From a bacterium (GTDB taxonomy: Bacteria > Patescibacteriota > Saccharimonadia > Saccharimonadales > Saccharimonadaceae), in the NCBI GenBank assembly GCA_963613175.1, contig CAVDXX010000002.1:19005-83004 (forward strand): a stretch of 64,000 bases of DNA, given 5' to 3'. Each line of letters starts with the position of its first letter. Positions within the stretch are counted from its first letter, which is position 1. The notes beneath the pieces were generated by a model that was given only the letters and a program-made list of their open reading frames with translations, made no database searches and was not told the origin of the DNA. The position numbers and the translations under genes are program-made. Shown here piece after piece: positions 1 through 9,739 of this stretch.

Positions 1-441
1 GTGTCGCTAGTTGCGATTTTGGACGCGGACAAGGAAGGGTTTTTAAGGAGCGAGTCGGCGCTCGTGCAAACGATTGGACGCGCGGCTCGGCATGAGGAGG
101 GGAAAGTGATTATGTATGCGAATTATATCACCGAAAGTATGGAAAAGGCGATTTCGGAGACCAATCGGCGGCGCGAAATTCAAAAACAATATAATTTTGA
201 GCATCATATTACGCCTCATTCAGTGAAAAAGGAAATTTCGGCGGGTCTGCGCGCGATCATCCCGGAAAAACAAAAAGAAAATAAACTCGATATTCGGCGC
301 GTGCCGAAAGATGAATTGCCGACGCTGATTAAATCTCTGTCTTCGGAGATGCAACTCGCCGCCGCGAACTTAGAGTTCGAAAAAGCTGCTTTACTGCGGG
401 ATGAGATTGAGAAAATTAAGGAGTTTGTAGCGGGGAAGTAG
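1..441 (+). CDS. uvrB: Excinuclease ABC subunit B, C-terminal part (5' end outside window)
   Basis: ORF is open at the window edge. Helicase motif VI-like [10 protein letters not shown]-terminal UVR domain [24 protein letters not shown]. Confidence 0.9.
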   Translation: MSLVAILDADKEGFLRSESALVQTIGRAARHEEGKVIMYANYITESMEKAISETNRRREIQKQYNFEHHITPHSVKKEISAGLRAIIPEKQKENKLDIRRVPKDELPTLIKSLSSEMQLAAANLEFEKAALLRDEIEKIKEFVAGK

Positions 442-511
442 GGCTTCCTCAATCGAAAGATGGTGATTTCGCCGCCACGAAACAAAAAGTTTATGGTATA
501 ATGGGGGTAGG

Positions 512-1447
512 ATGAGTGGGCAAGTTGATTTTCAGTCTGTGGAGAAAATTCGGAAACGAGTGCGACTGTGCGATTATTTATGTGTGGCGCAGTTGTTTTT
601 GCAGGATAACTTTTTGCTTGAGCGGGATTTGAATTTTGAGGATATCAAGCCGCGGCTTTTGGGGCATTGGGGGACTTGTCACGGAATTAATGTCGCTTAT
701 GCGAATTTAAAAAATCATTTTGCGGGAGATGAAAACTTTGCTTTTATTCTCGGGCCGGGGCATGGATTTCCGGCGCTGCAGGCGAATTTGTGGTTGGACG
801 GAGAACTCGAAAGAATTGACGCGCAGGCTAGCCGAGACGCGAAGGGTCTCGAATATCTTTGCCGACAGTTTTCTTGGCCGGACGGTTTTCCGAGCCATGC
901 TAGCCCGCTAACGCCTAGTGTGATTACCGAGGGCGGGGAACTAGGGTATGCACTAGCGAATGCTTATGGTATGGCGCTTGGACATCCGGATAAAACCATC
1001 GCGATATTGATCGGCGATGGTGAGTTCGAAACGGCGACGGCTCTGGCGTCTTTGAATTTGCGTGATTTGCTAAGTAGCTCGAATAATGGCACGGTTTTGC
1101 CGATTTTGCATCTTAACGGTTATAAAATTTCGGCGCCGTCAATTTATGCGCGCAAATCGGAACGAGAACTAAACGAATTAATTCGCGGGTTTGGTTTTAC
1201 GCCTTTGACGGTCGACGGTGAAAAAACCGAAAAGTTCCAAAATTTCCTAAACGAAGGACTGGATGCGCCATTCTATATTTTGAAAACCGAAAAAGGAAAC
1301 GGCGGGCCGAATCGTCATCACGAAGCACATCAAATCCCGCTTAAAAACCCAAAAACTGACGAAAAAGAACTAAAAGAGCTCGAAAAATGGCTAAAATCGT
1401 ATCATATTGAAGAATTATTTAATCGGGAAAAGGGGATTTTAATATGA
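512..1447 (+). CDS. Phosphoketolase (xylulose-5-P/fructose-6-P), N-terminal TPP-binding module only
   Basis: Motifs LLGHWGT, GPGHG, EGGELGY, GDGEFET, LPILHLNGYKI, and WLKSYHIEELF at the end. TATAAT at 497-502 plus GGGGTAGG before the ATG. Ends in TGA-TAA at 1445-1450. Confidence 0.75.
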   Translation: MSGQVDFQSVEKIRKRVRLCDYLCVAQLFLQDNFLLERDLNFEDIKPRLLGHWGTCHGINVAYANLKNHFAGDENFAFILGPGHGFPALQANLWLDGELERIDAQASRDAKGLEYLCRQFSWPDGFPSHASPLTPSVITEGGELGYALANAYGMALGHPDKTIAILIGDGEFETATALASLNLRDLLSSSNNGTVLPILHLNGYKISAPSIYARKSERELNELIRGFGFTPLTVDGEKTEKFQNFLNEGLDAPFYILKTEKGNGGPNRHHEAHQIPLKNPKTDEKELKELEKWLKSYHIEELFNREKGILI

Positions 1448-1484
1448 TAAGACACGGAGATAACCAAGAAAGGGGAGTTTTGAC

Positions 1485-2657
1485 ATGATTGAGCGCGTAG
1501 AAAATCCTGGAGCGGAAAAATTTTCGCCAGCTAAAAAAATTGGTGAACTTTTGACCGAACAATTCAAAAAAGACCCGCATTTTTACTTTTTTTCGCCGGA
1601 CGAAACCACCTCAAACCGGTTTGACGAGATTTTTACGGTTGAAAAGCGGGCGTGGAGCGATTTAAAACGCGAAAATTGGGATTTGCCGGAATCTTCAAGC
1701 GGGCGCATTATCGAAATGTTATCAGAAAATGTGCTGTTTTCGACAATGACTGGACATCTCGCGAACGGGGAACAGGCGATGATGGGGAGTTACGAAGCCT
1801 TTTTCCCGATTATTACGGCGCAACTTTTGCAACAAATGAAATTCATCAAACAATCCAAGACGGTTAAGTGGCGCAAGCCTTTGCCGGCGGTGAATTTGTT
1901 GTCGACTTCGACTTGTTGGCGACAAGATCATAACGGCTTTACGCATCAATCGCCTGCGTTAATCTCAACATTATTATCAGTGCCGTCTGACCTCGCCAAC
2001 TGTATTTTTCCGGTCGATGACGTGGCAGCCGAGGAGGCTTTTCGTTTTATGCTAGATTCCCGAAATGTTGTAAATTTGACAACATTTAACAAAAATGAAG
2101 AGCCGCGTTATATCGACTCGCATCACGCCAAATTCCAATTCGATAACGGCGGGGCTTCAATTTACGAGTTCGCTTCCGATCCAGACCCTGATTTTGTGCT
2201 GACCGCCGCTGGCGATATCGTTACGCAAGAGGCCTTAGAAGCAATTAAACTCTTGAAGCAAGATTTGCCGGAACTGAAATTACGCTTTGTCGGAATCAAT
2301 GCACTGTCTTACCGCGCGATCGGAACAACCGAGAATAAATTAACCCGGGAAAAATTCGTGGAATTATTTACCGCTAACAAACCGATTTTGGCCAATTTTC
2401 ATGGCTATCCTGAAACTTTAGAAAATATTTTGGAAAATTACACAGAAAGACGACGACTGCGGGTGCATGGGTTCAACGAAGAAGGTTCGACCACTACTCC
2501 GTTCGAAATGCTACGCCGCAATGCCGCTTCGCGTTATGATCTTGCATTCGACATCGCAAAAGTGATTGGACGCGAAGATTTAGTCGATAAATACCGCGCA
2601 ATTTCGGCGCAAAAACACACGTACGCAGTCGAACATGGCGAAGACTTGATAAAATAG
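1485..2657 (+). CDS. Phosphoketolase, middle and C-terminal modules (separate ORF)
   Basis: Motifs FSPDETTSNR, WRQDHNGFTHQ, FHGYP, HGFNEEGSTTTPFEM. Own SD AAAGGGGAG at 1469-1477. Reading frame differs from the upstream ORF. Confidence 0.75.
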   Translation: MIERVENPGAEKFSPAKKIGELLTEQFKKDPHFYFFSPDETTSNRFDEIFTVEKRAWSDLKRENWDLPESSSGRIIEMLSENVLFSTMTGHLANGEQAMMGSYEAFFPIITAQLLQQMKFIKQSKTVKWRKPLPAVNLLSTSTCWRQDHNGFTHQSPALISTLLSVPSDLANCIFPVDDVAAEEAFRFMLDSRNVVNLTTFNKNEEPRYIDSHHAKFQFDNGGASIYEFASDPDPDFVLTAAGDIVTQEALEAIKLLKQDLPELKLRFVGINALSYRAIGTTENKLTREKFVELFTANKPILANFHGYPETLENILENYTERRRLRVHGFNEEGSTTTPFEMLRRNAASRYDLAFDIAKVIGREDLVDKYRAISAQKHTYAVEHGEDLIK

Positions 2658-2682
2658 CACGTTTATGTTAGAATAGCATATT

Positions 2683-3372
2683 ATGGAATTATTTATTTTA
2701 ATTGCCGTATTATTGATTTTGGCGGAAACTAGTTTCTTGACTATAAAAAAACTAAAACCACTACGGACCGGCAAGCGTAAAATCTATATCGACACTTCGG
2801 CGCTAATTGACAGACGAATTTTAAACGTCGCACGATCGGGATTCCTAGATGGTGATATTGTTGTTTTAAAAAGTGTTCTCCGAGAGCTACAATTGCTTGC
2901 AGATGGCAAAGATTCGGAAAAGCGCCTAAAAGCACGGGCGGGGATCGAAGCAGTTTCGGAACTCGAACGCGTAATCAATGTGAACACTGAAATTTTTGAC
3001 GACGGGGAAGGACGTAAAAAAGTCGATGAAGAACTTTTAAAGTTTGCCAAGGAAAACCGCGGAGCAATTTTGACGGTTGACTATAATTTAATCAAAGTTG
3101 CCGAAGCGGAAAAAATTGAGACTCTAAATATCAATGACTTAGCACTCGCGGTGCGAACGGAATTTTTACCGGGTGAGAAAATGGAAATCAAAATCACCGA
3201 AAAAGGCTCCAATAGGGGGCAGGGCGTGGGACATCTTGCTAATGGCGCGATGGTTGTGGTTGATCGTGCGGCCAATAAAATCGGACAAACCATAAATATC
3301 GAATTTGAGCGTTTTCATGAAACTTCGTCAGGGCGGATTATTTTCGCTAAGATTGCGAAGCGCCAGAAATAA
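2683..3372 (+). CDS. PIN + TRAM domain membrane protein (YacL-like)
   Basis: N-terminal TM segment. PIN-like IYIDTSALIDRRI...TVDYNL. C-terminal TRAM-like GVGHLANGAMVVVD. Confidence 0.7.
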   Translation: MELFILIAVLLILAETSFLTIKKLKPLRTGKRKIYIDTSALIDRRILNVARSGFLDGDIVVLKSVLRELQLLADGKDSEKRLKARAGIEAVSELERVINVNTEIFDDGEGRKKVDEELLKFAKENRGAILTVDYNLIKVAEAEKIETLNINDLALAVRTEFLPGEKMEIKITEKGSNRGQGVGHLANGAMVVVDRAANKIGQTINIEFERFHETSSGRIIFAKIAKRQK

Positions 3373-3456
3373 TTTAGAATATTAGAATAGTCTCACCTTC
3401 TGCGCGAGGGGCACCCCAAATGCAGAAGGTAAAACGAGTATGCCTTGCCGGAATTA

Positions 3457-6198
3457 TTATTCGTCGGCTTCTTTAGTGTCTTTTTTACAGGAGCTGATAC
3501 TTGAAATATTCATTTCTCCAGAGGCCGAATAGCCAGCAGAATCAGATACGATGATGCGAGCGGAAGTTTCGGAGCCAGTAAGATTATATATTGCTCCACC
3601 CGAGAGAGATACCCCACCTTTTTCAACGCCATTGATATAAAGCGTCGCACTGGATAAGTCATAGGCCCCCTGAGCGATGTTCGCATAAAGTTTACAGCCC
3701 GAAGTCGAGAGCGAAACTCGTGGTGGTTCATAATCACAAGTATCATTTTTATCACGGTCATACGGTGACGGGACATTGTAAACAGTATTGCCGGTCATCG
3801 GATCAATAGTTTTAGTGACTTCAACTTGAATCTTGTATTCTTCCGGCGTACAAGCCGCAGCCAGTAAGTGATTATAACGATTGAAAGTCAAAGTTTCTTT
3901 CGAGACTCCCGAATTTTTTGCGCCATTATACCAGCTTGGCCAAATGTCCGTCTTACCATTAACGGTCAAAGTCTGAATACCTTCCGGTTTTGTCGGTTCG
4001 TCACCAGACTTCCAACGTCCATCAGCCGCATAAACTTCTTTATGAATACGCTCCATATACTCCGCCACAGTATAGCGCGCTGGATCATGAGTATTAGAAG
4101 TTAGCCCCGAGCCGTCGTGATTACCATTCCAAACCAGAGTCGAAACTGCGGTCGAATAACTCTCCATCAAAGAATCTTTTGTCTCGGCCGAGTTTGTAGT
4201 AGTCGTAGTTCCGGTCTTAGTTGCAGTCCAGACACCAGGAATAACATAACCCGCACTTTGCGAACCGCCAGCGGCATAGATACTGAATCGGGCGCTACCG
4301 TCGCTTAAGATATTCGACAACATATAGGCCACTTGCGGGTCAACAACTTCCGTAGCCTCTGAATCATTCCAAGATTCAATAACTTCGCCAGAAGAGTTCT
4401 TCATTTCGAGAACATAGGAAAGATCACGATAAGAACCACCACGCGCTAAGGAAGCATAAGCATTAGCGTGTTCAACCATTTTTACGCCACAACCCGAACC
4501 GATCGCAATCGAAAGCCCATAGCCATCATTATTAGCACAGTAAGAAGTATCGCCAAGTTTCCGTGCAACCTCAAGAGACTCGTCGATGCCGTTAATATAA
4601 AGCGCTTTAACTGCGGCAATATTTAGAGAATGCCCGAGAGAGAAACGAATCGTCACGTTGCCATAGAAAGTCCCCGTCGCATTCGTAAGCGAACACTTGC
4701 CGCTAGTATAGCCTTTACAATAAGTACTATCGATATTTTCATCTTTCAAAATACTACCAGGACCATAATTCGTGCCTTCGCGTTGCATAAATAATGGTGC
4801 ATAATCAAGAATCGGCTTAATCGTCGAACCCGGCTCAATCGAAGAATCCGTGGTTGCGTTCATTTCACCGTAAGTCGGGTTATTAAAATCAATCGAGCCG
4901 ACCATAGCAATAACTTGCGAAGTTTCGACATCGACAGAAACTAGCGCGAGATCATCACTATTATTTTTATACGTGTGTTTCGCACCAGCAGCAATCGCAT
5001 CTTCGGCAATTTTTTGCGCGCGCAAATCAACAGTAGTTTTAATCGTCCATCCGCCCGAACGCATAGTCTGAATACCGTATTTATCTTCGAGTTGCTGTTT
5101 GACTTCCAACACGAAATGTGGTGCTTGCATATTAGCGTATTGACTCGATTCCGGTTTAATCGTATCAAGAATCGCAACCTCTTTCGCATCACTAGCTTCT
5201 TGTTCGGAAATATACCCCATCGAGACCATGTCGTTCAAGACTTTATGTTGACGTTCGATTAACATATCGTTGCCATATTCATTATACGGATTCAAAACCG
5301 CCGGATTATTCGGAATCGCCGCAAGCAATGCCGATTCTGCTAAAGTCAAATCTTTCGCACTTTTACCGAAATAAGTTTGAGCCGCTGATTCGACCCCATT
5401 TCGTCGACCACCATAGGGAGACTGGTTTAAATACATGGTTAGAATCTGATCTTTTGAATACATTTTTTCCAACTCAACCGCGAGAATTAACTCTTTAATT
5501 TTTCGGGTTAAACCGCCACGGTTTTCGCTCGCAGCTTCGTCGGAGAAATAGACTTGTTTAATTAATTGCTGAGTTAAAGTCGAACCACCCTGAACGCCTT
5601 GCCCGCTCAAAGTTGCGATCGAAGCACGCATCAAAGCTCCAAAATCAACGCCGGCATGATTATAGAAATTTTTATCTTCGATCGCGACGGTCGCCTTATA
5701 CATGTATTCCGAAATATCTTCAGCATCGACCACCAAACGATAGTCTTCGCTGCCGGTATCTTGCCAAAGCACCTCACCGTTGCGGTCGAGATAAGTATTG
5801 ACGGTTTCAGAAATCGACATCTCATCAAGCCGAATCTCGTCCAAATCTTTTTTGTAATATAGAAACAACCCACCAAGGAAAATAATAAAAATCAAAGCGC
5901 AGGCCGCAAGAAACTTCAAAATTTGTTTCTGTCCCGGCCATGAAAACCACCATTTAAACACCCGTTTCGGATGAAGCCGTGCAAAAAACCGTTTTACTGG
6001 TTCTTTTGGTAATTTAGCTAGATCCTCCGCTCGACGACGCGAGTCGGCTTCTCGTTTGGCATGATAATTGTATGCCAAACTAGAATATAAATTCATGTTT
6101 TTTTTCGCAGTTTTAGAGGAGGTTTTCTTGCTTTTCTTCGAATTTTTTGCTCTATTCGATTTAAATGGCAAAATCACCTCTGATTTCTTTTTAGCCAT
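3457..6198 (-). CDS. Class A penicillin-binding protein (glycosyltransferase + transpeptidase) with long C-terminal extension
   Basis: GT51 motifs EDKNFYNHAGVD, GGSTLTQQL, RKIKE. Transpeptidase SIEPGSTIKP. Start placed at MAKKK because TATAAT (6210-6205) lies 6 nt upstream of ATG 6198. Confidence 0.85.
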   Translation of the reverse strand: MAKKKSEVILPFKSNRAKNSKKSKKTSSKTAKKNMNLYSSLAYNYHAKREADSRRRAEDLAKLPKEPVKRFFARLHPKRVFKWWFSWPGQKQILKFLAACALIFIIFLGGLFLYYKKDLDEIRLDEMSISETVNTYLDRNGEVLWQDTGSEDYRLVVDAEDISEYMYKATVAIEDKNFYNHAGVDFGALMRASIATLSGQGVQGGSTLTQQLIKQVYFSDEAASENRGGLTRKIKELILAVELEKMYSKDQILTMYLNQSPYGGRRNGVESAAQTYFGKSAKDLTLAESALLAAIPNNPAVLNPYNEYGNDMLIERQHKVLNDMVSMGYISEQEASDAKEVAILDTIKPESSQYANMQAPHFVLEVKQQLEDKYGIQTMRSGGWTIKTTVDLRAQKIAEDAIAAGAKHTYKNNSDDLALVSVDVETSQVIAMVGSIDFNNPTYGEMNATTDSSIEPGSTIKPILDYAPLFMQREGTNYGPGSILKDENIDSTYCKGYTSGKCSLTNATGTFYGNVTIRFSLGHSLNIAAVKALYINGIDESLEVARKLGDTSYCANNDGYGLSIAIGSGCGVKMVEHANAYASLARGGSYRDLSYVLEMKNSSGEVIESWNDSEATEVVDPQVAYMLSNILSDGSARFSIYAAGGSQSAGYVIPGVWTATKTGTTTTTNSAETKDSLMESYSTAVSTLVWNGNHDGSGLTSNTHDPARYTVAEYMERIHKEVYAADGRWKSGDEPTKPEGIQTLTVNGKTDIWPSWYNGAKNSGVSKETLTFNRYNHLLAAACTPEEYKIQVEVTKTIDPMTGNTVYNVPSPYDRDKNDTCDYEPPRVSLSTSGCKLYANIAQGAYDLSSATLYINGVEKGGVSLSGGAIYNLTGSETSARIIVSDSAGYSASGEMNISSISSCKKDTKEADE

Positions 6199-6260
6199 AC
6201 ATATATTATACATCAAACTAAATAAAAGTCCTAAAGTTTTTTATGTGTTATTATATTAAT

Positions 6261-7901
6261 ATGCGAAAGTTCAAGTTTCGGTCAGTTGTGGCATTGGCAA
6301 ATATGAAATTGTCGGTAAAAACGGCGGCAATTGTTTTGGCGTCATCAACTTTGGCATCGGCGCTGCTGGGGTTGTTCCGCGATCGACTTTTAAATTCTTA
6401 TTATCTCGGAACTTATCCGACAGGAATCGATGCTTATACGGCAGCGTTCACTGTGCCAGATTTTATGTTTTTCATTTTAACTTCTGGAGCTTTGTCAGTT
6501 TCATTTATTCCGGTTTTTAATCAACGTCTTGCGACCGGCAATAAAAAATCAGCGTGGGAACTTTCGTCATCACTTTTGAATTTGTTGGCGATTTTGACTT
6601 TAGTTGCATCAATTTTAATTATGATTTTTACTGATCCGTTGATCCGTTACGTGGTTTCACCAGGGCTCGATGAGTCGGGCATGATTTTAGCAATTAATAT
6701 GACGCGCGTAATCGCAATTAATCCATTTTTGTTTTCGATCGCAACAGTTCTGACTTCGATTCAACAGGCCGTTGGACGGTTTATCTTTTATTCGCTCGCG
6801 CCGGTAATTTATAATATCGGAATTATTATTGGGATTACTTGTTTTACTAATGGAATTAATCTATTCGGCGTACAACTTTTCGAAGGCGGGATTATGGGGG
6901 TCGCAATCGGAGTTGTCCTTGGCGCTATAATGCAATTAATTGTTTCACTAATTGGTTTATTCGGGCTTGGCATGGATTACGATTTCAAAATTAAGTGGCG
7001 TAATCAAGGCTTCCGATCGATTCTGAAACTTTTGCCGGCGCGTTCGCTCGATCAGGGAATTGACTATGTCAATGGGATCGTGAACACGAATTTATCTTCG
7101 CGTATGGGCGCAGGAGCAGTACGTTCGTTTAATCAGGCTTCGAGCCTACATCAGATGCCGGTGAATTTAATCGGTGTGGCGATTTCGACTGCATTTTTTC
7201 CGAAATTGACTGAAGAGCTCGGCGCAGGCGATAAAAAAGAATTTTATCATACCTTTCGACAGGCGTTAAGAATGATTATTTGGATCTCGCTGCCGGTGGC
7301 GATTGTTGCTTTCTTCACGCGAGGTTACGTGACAAGTTTTATTTCTAATATCGGTAATAACGATAGTAACGGGACTATTGCATCAGTGCTCGGCATGCTT
7401 TGTATCGCAATTTTTGCGCGCAGTATTTTTCATATCGCTTCGCGCGGGTTTTATGCCTTTCAAGATACTAAAACACCGTTTTACGTTTCGATTCTAGCAA
7501 TTGGACTGACAATTGTACTTTCGATTTGGTTCTTTATGATCGGATTAGGTGTTGATGGGTTAGGTTTAGCACAATCCATCGGTGCAATTGTCGAGATAAT
7601 AATATTATTGTCAATTTTACAACATCGGTCGGAAAGGGTTCTTTTGAATAAAGATTTTTGGCGAGCACTAGTGCGAATGATTTTCGCTAGCGTAATTGCT
7701 GGCTGCGTAGCATTTTCGATGACAAAATTCATACCGCTGATGGCGACGGATTCATCGCTCGTAATTACCGTTCCGAAGTTCTTGCTAATTTCCGTGGTCT
7801 CTTTTGGTGCATACTTAATAGCGAGTTATTTATTAGATTTGAAAGAGACTAAACCAATCTTTGAATACATTAAGAAAATTCTCTTTAGAAACGCAAAATA
7901 G
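6261..7901 (+). CDS. murJ: Lipid II flippase MurJ/MviN family
   Basis: About 14 predicted TM segments. N-terminal SALLGLFRDRLL typical of MurJ. TGtTATTAT-N6-ATG at 6261. Confidence 0.8.
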   Translation: MRKFKFRSVVALANMKLSVKTAAIVLASSTLASALLGLFRDRLLNSYYLGTYPTGIDAYTAAFTVPDFMFFILTSGALSVSFIPVFNQRLATGNKKSAWELSSSLLNLLAILTLVASILIMIFTDPLIRYVVSPGLDESGMILAINMTRVIAINPFLFSIATVLTSIQQAVGRFIFYSLAPVIYNIGIIIGITCFTNGINLFGVQLFEGGIMGVAIGVVLGAIMQLIVSLIGLFGLGMDYDFKIKWRNQGFRSILKLLPARSLDQGIDYVNGIVNTNLSSRMGAGAVRSFNQASSLHQMPVNLIGVAISTAFFPKLTEELGAGDKKEFYHTFRQALRMIIWISLPVAIVAFFTRGYVTSFISNIGNNDSNGTIASVLGMLCIAIFARSIFHIASRGFYAFQDTKTPFYVSILAIGLTIVLSIWFFMIGLGVDGLGLAQSIGAIVEIIILLSILQHRSERVLLNKDFWRALVRMIFASVIAGCVAFSMTKFIPLMATDSSLVITVPKFLLISVVSFGAYLIASYLLDLKETKPIFEYIKKILFRNAK

Positions 7902-7916
7902 TGTTATAATTAATCC

Positions 7917-8204
7917 ATGGAGATAAAACGCGAGGATATTTTACATTTGGCGAAGTTGTCGAATTTTTCGGTTTCGGACGCAGAGGCAGAAAGTTTGGAG
8001 CGCGATTTAAGTGATATTATTAAATACATTTCTCAACTTGATGAATTAGAAACGGAGAATGTGGAGCCGACCTATCAAGTTTTTGAGATGGAAAATGTGT
8101 GGCGACCGGACGAGGTTTTGGAGCAGGACGCGACGCGAGAAGAATTACTCGCATTGACAGTTGCAGAAAAAGATCATCAAATTAAAGTCCCGAAGGTATT
8201 ATAA
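7917..8204 (+). CDS. gatC: Asp/Glu-tRNA amidotransferase subunit C
   Basis: 95 aa. HLAKLSNFSVSDAEAESLERDLSDIIKYISQLDELETENVEPT. Stop overlaps the gatA start (ATGA). Confidence 0.85.
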   Translation: MEIKREDILHLAKLSNFSVSDAEAESLERDLSDIIKYISQLDELETENVEPTYQVFEMENVWRPDEVLEQDATREELLALTVAEKDHQIKVPKVL

Positions 8205-9739
8205 TGAAAATTGCAAATCAAAAAGTTTCGGCGGTAAGTTTAGTAAAAGATGCGCTAGAAAAGGCGAAAAAGTTTGAAGATTATCATATTTTTACATTTT
8301 TGAACGAGGAGAAGGCCTTAGAAAAGGCGCACGAAATCGACCAGCGAATTAAAAATGGGGAAGAAGTAGGTCGGCTCGCGGGCGTGCCGTATGCCTTAAA
8401 AGATAATTTTCTCTCACCCGAGGGCGAGACAACCGCTTCGGCACATATTTTAGAAGGTTTTACTTCGCCGATTACGGCGACGACGGTGGAGCGACTCGAA
8501 GCAGAGGGTGCGATTATGATTGGACGGACGAATATGGATGCGTTTGCACACGGGTCGTCGACTGAAAGTTCGTATTTTGGACCGACTTTGAATGCTCACG
8601 ATCGCGAACGTGTAGCGGGCGGGTCGTCTGGCGGATCGGCAGTGGTGGTGGCGCTCGACATTGTGGAATTTGCGACTGGAACGGACACGGGTGGTTCGAT
8701 TCGACAGCCGGCTTCGTTTAATGGTGTCTATGGGCTAAAACCGACGTATGGGTGTAATTCGCGATATGGAGTCGTGGCGATGGCATCATCGACGGACTGT
8801 GTTGGCTTCTTTACTAAAACGCTGGAAGATATGGATCTTTTGATGTCGATTTCGAGTGGTAAAGACCCGAAAGATATGACGACTTTGGATAATTATTACA
8901 ATGGTGAATTTGAAGCATCTTGTCTCGGACACGCTCAAGGCCGCTCGGCCAAGCCTATGGTCCTCGACAAGGTGCTTTCAAATTCTGATAAAAAAACATC
9001 TCACTGCCCGACGGGTGATGCCACTTGGGGGTCCCCCATCGAGCTTGATGAGAATGGGGGAAAAGTGGCGGCAGGACCTGTCGGGAAGAAATGTATCGGC
9101 ATTATCAAAGATTTTGATAATGATTCAGTTGATGTGGAGATTCGGGAGGCGCTGAAACGGAAGTGTGAGTTGTTGGAATCGAAGGGACATGAGATTGTGG
9201 AGTTGTCGATGCCGGCTTTGAAATATGCGTTGGCGGCGTATTATATTATTGTGCCGGCGGAAGTGGCGTCGAATTTATCGCGACACGACGGCGTAAGATA
9301 TGGTTTTCGGTCGAAAAAGTCGGAAGATTTGGAAAAGTTGTATTCCGAGACGCGCTCGGAAGGCTTTATGCCGGAAAACAAGCGCCGAATTATGATCGGG
9401 AACTTTGTGTTGTCGAGCGGATTTTATGATGCGTATTTTTTGAAGGCGGCGAAAGCGCGAACCTTAATCATTGAAGAGTATAATAAAGCTTTTGAAAAAT
9501 GCGATTTTATCTTAACACCAGTAGCGCCAAATCCAGCATTTAAACTCGGTGAAAAAGTGAATGATCCGGTTGCAATGTATCTCGAAGATGCAATGAGCGT
9601 GCCGCTTAATCTCGCGGGAGTGCCGGGACTTACCGTACCGGCAGGAAAAACAAAAGCTGGATTGCCGATCGGTTTACAATTAATCGGTCCGCGCCGAAGT
9701 GATAAAAGTTTAATTATGTTCGCAGGGGAGCTTGAATAA
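8204..9739 (+). CDS. gatA: Asp/Glu-tRNA amidotransferase subunit A (amidase family) with a ~59-codon in-frame insertion
   Basis: Amidase signature GGSSGGSAVVVA...GTDTGGSIRQPASFNGVYGLKPTYG. C-terminal LPIGLQLIG. Confidence 0.9.
   Translation: MKIANQKVSAVSLVKDALEKAKKFEDYHIFTFLNEEKALEKAHEIDQRIKNGEEVGRLAGVPYALKDNFLSPEGETTASAHILEGFTSPITATTVERLEAEGAIMIGRTNMDAFAHGSSTESSYFGPTLNAHDRERVAGGSSGGSAVVVALDIVEFATGTDTGGSIRQPASFNGVYGLKPTYGCNSRYGVVAMASSTDCVGFFTKTLEDMDLLMSISSGKDPKDMTTLDNYYNGEFEASCLGHAQGRSAKPMVLDKVLSNSDKKTSHCPTGDATWGSPIELDENGGKVAAGPVGKKCIGIIKDFDNDSVDVEIREALKRKCELLESKGHEIVELSMPALKYALAAYYIIVPAEVASNLSRHDGVRYGFRSKKSEDLEKLYSETRSEGFMPENKRRIMIGNFVLSSGFYDAYFLKAAKARTLIIEEYNKAFEKCDFILTPVAPNPAFKLGEKVNDPVAMYLEDAMSVPLNLAGVPGLTVPAGKTKAGLPIGLQLIGPRRSDKSLIMFAGELE
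8912..9088. repeat. GC-rich nested-palindrome element inside gatA
   Basis: Stem 8912-8924 pairs with 8966-8979 around a 41-nt core (8925-8965). That core is 38/41 identical to 57183-57223. A second imperfect palindrome spans 9004-9088. Confidence 0.75.

Noticed and set aside
8912-9088. Whether the gatA and gatB insertions could be mini-inteins or introns.
   Set aside because: They are too short (50-60 aa). They have no Cys/Ser/Thr at the junctions and no terminal HN, so they are not inteins. They are far too small and lack the conserved cores of group I/II introns.
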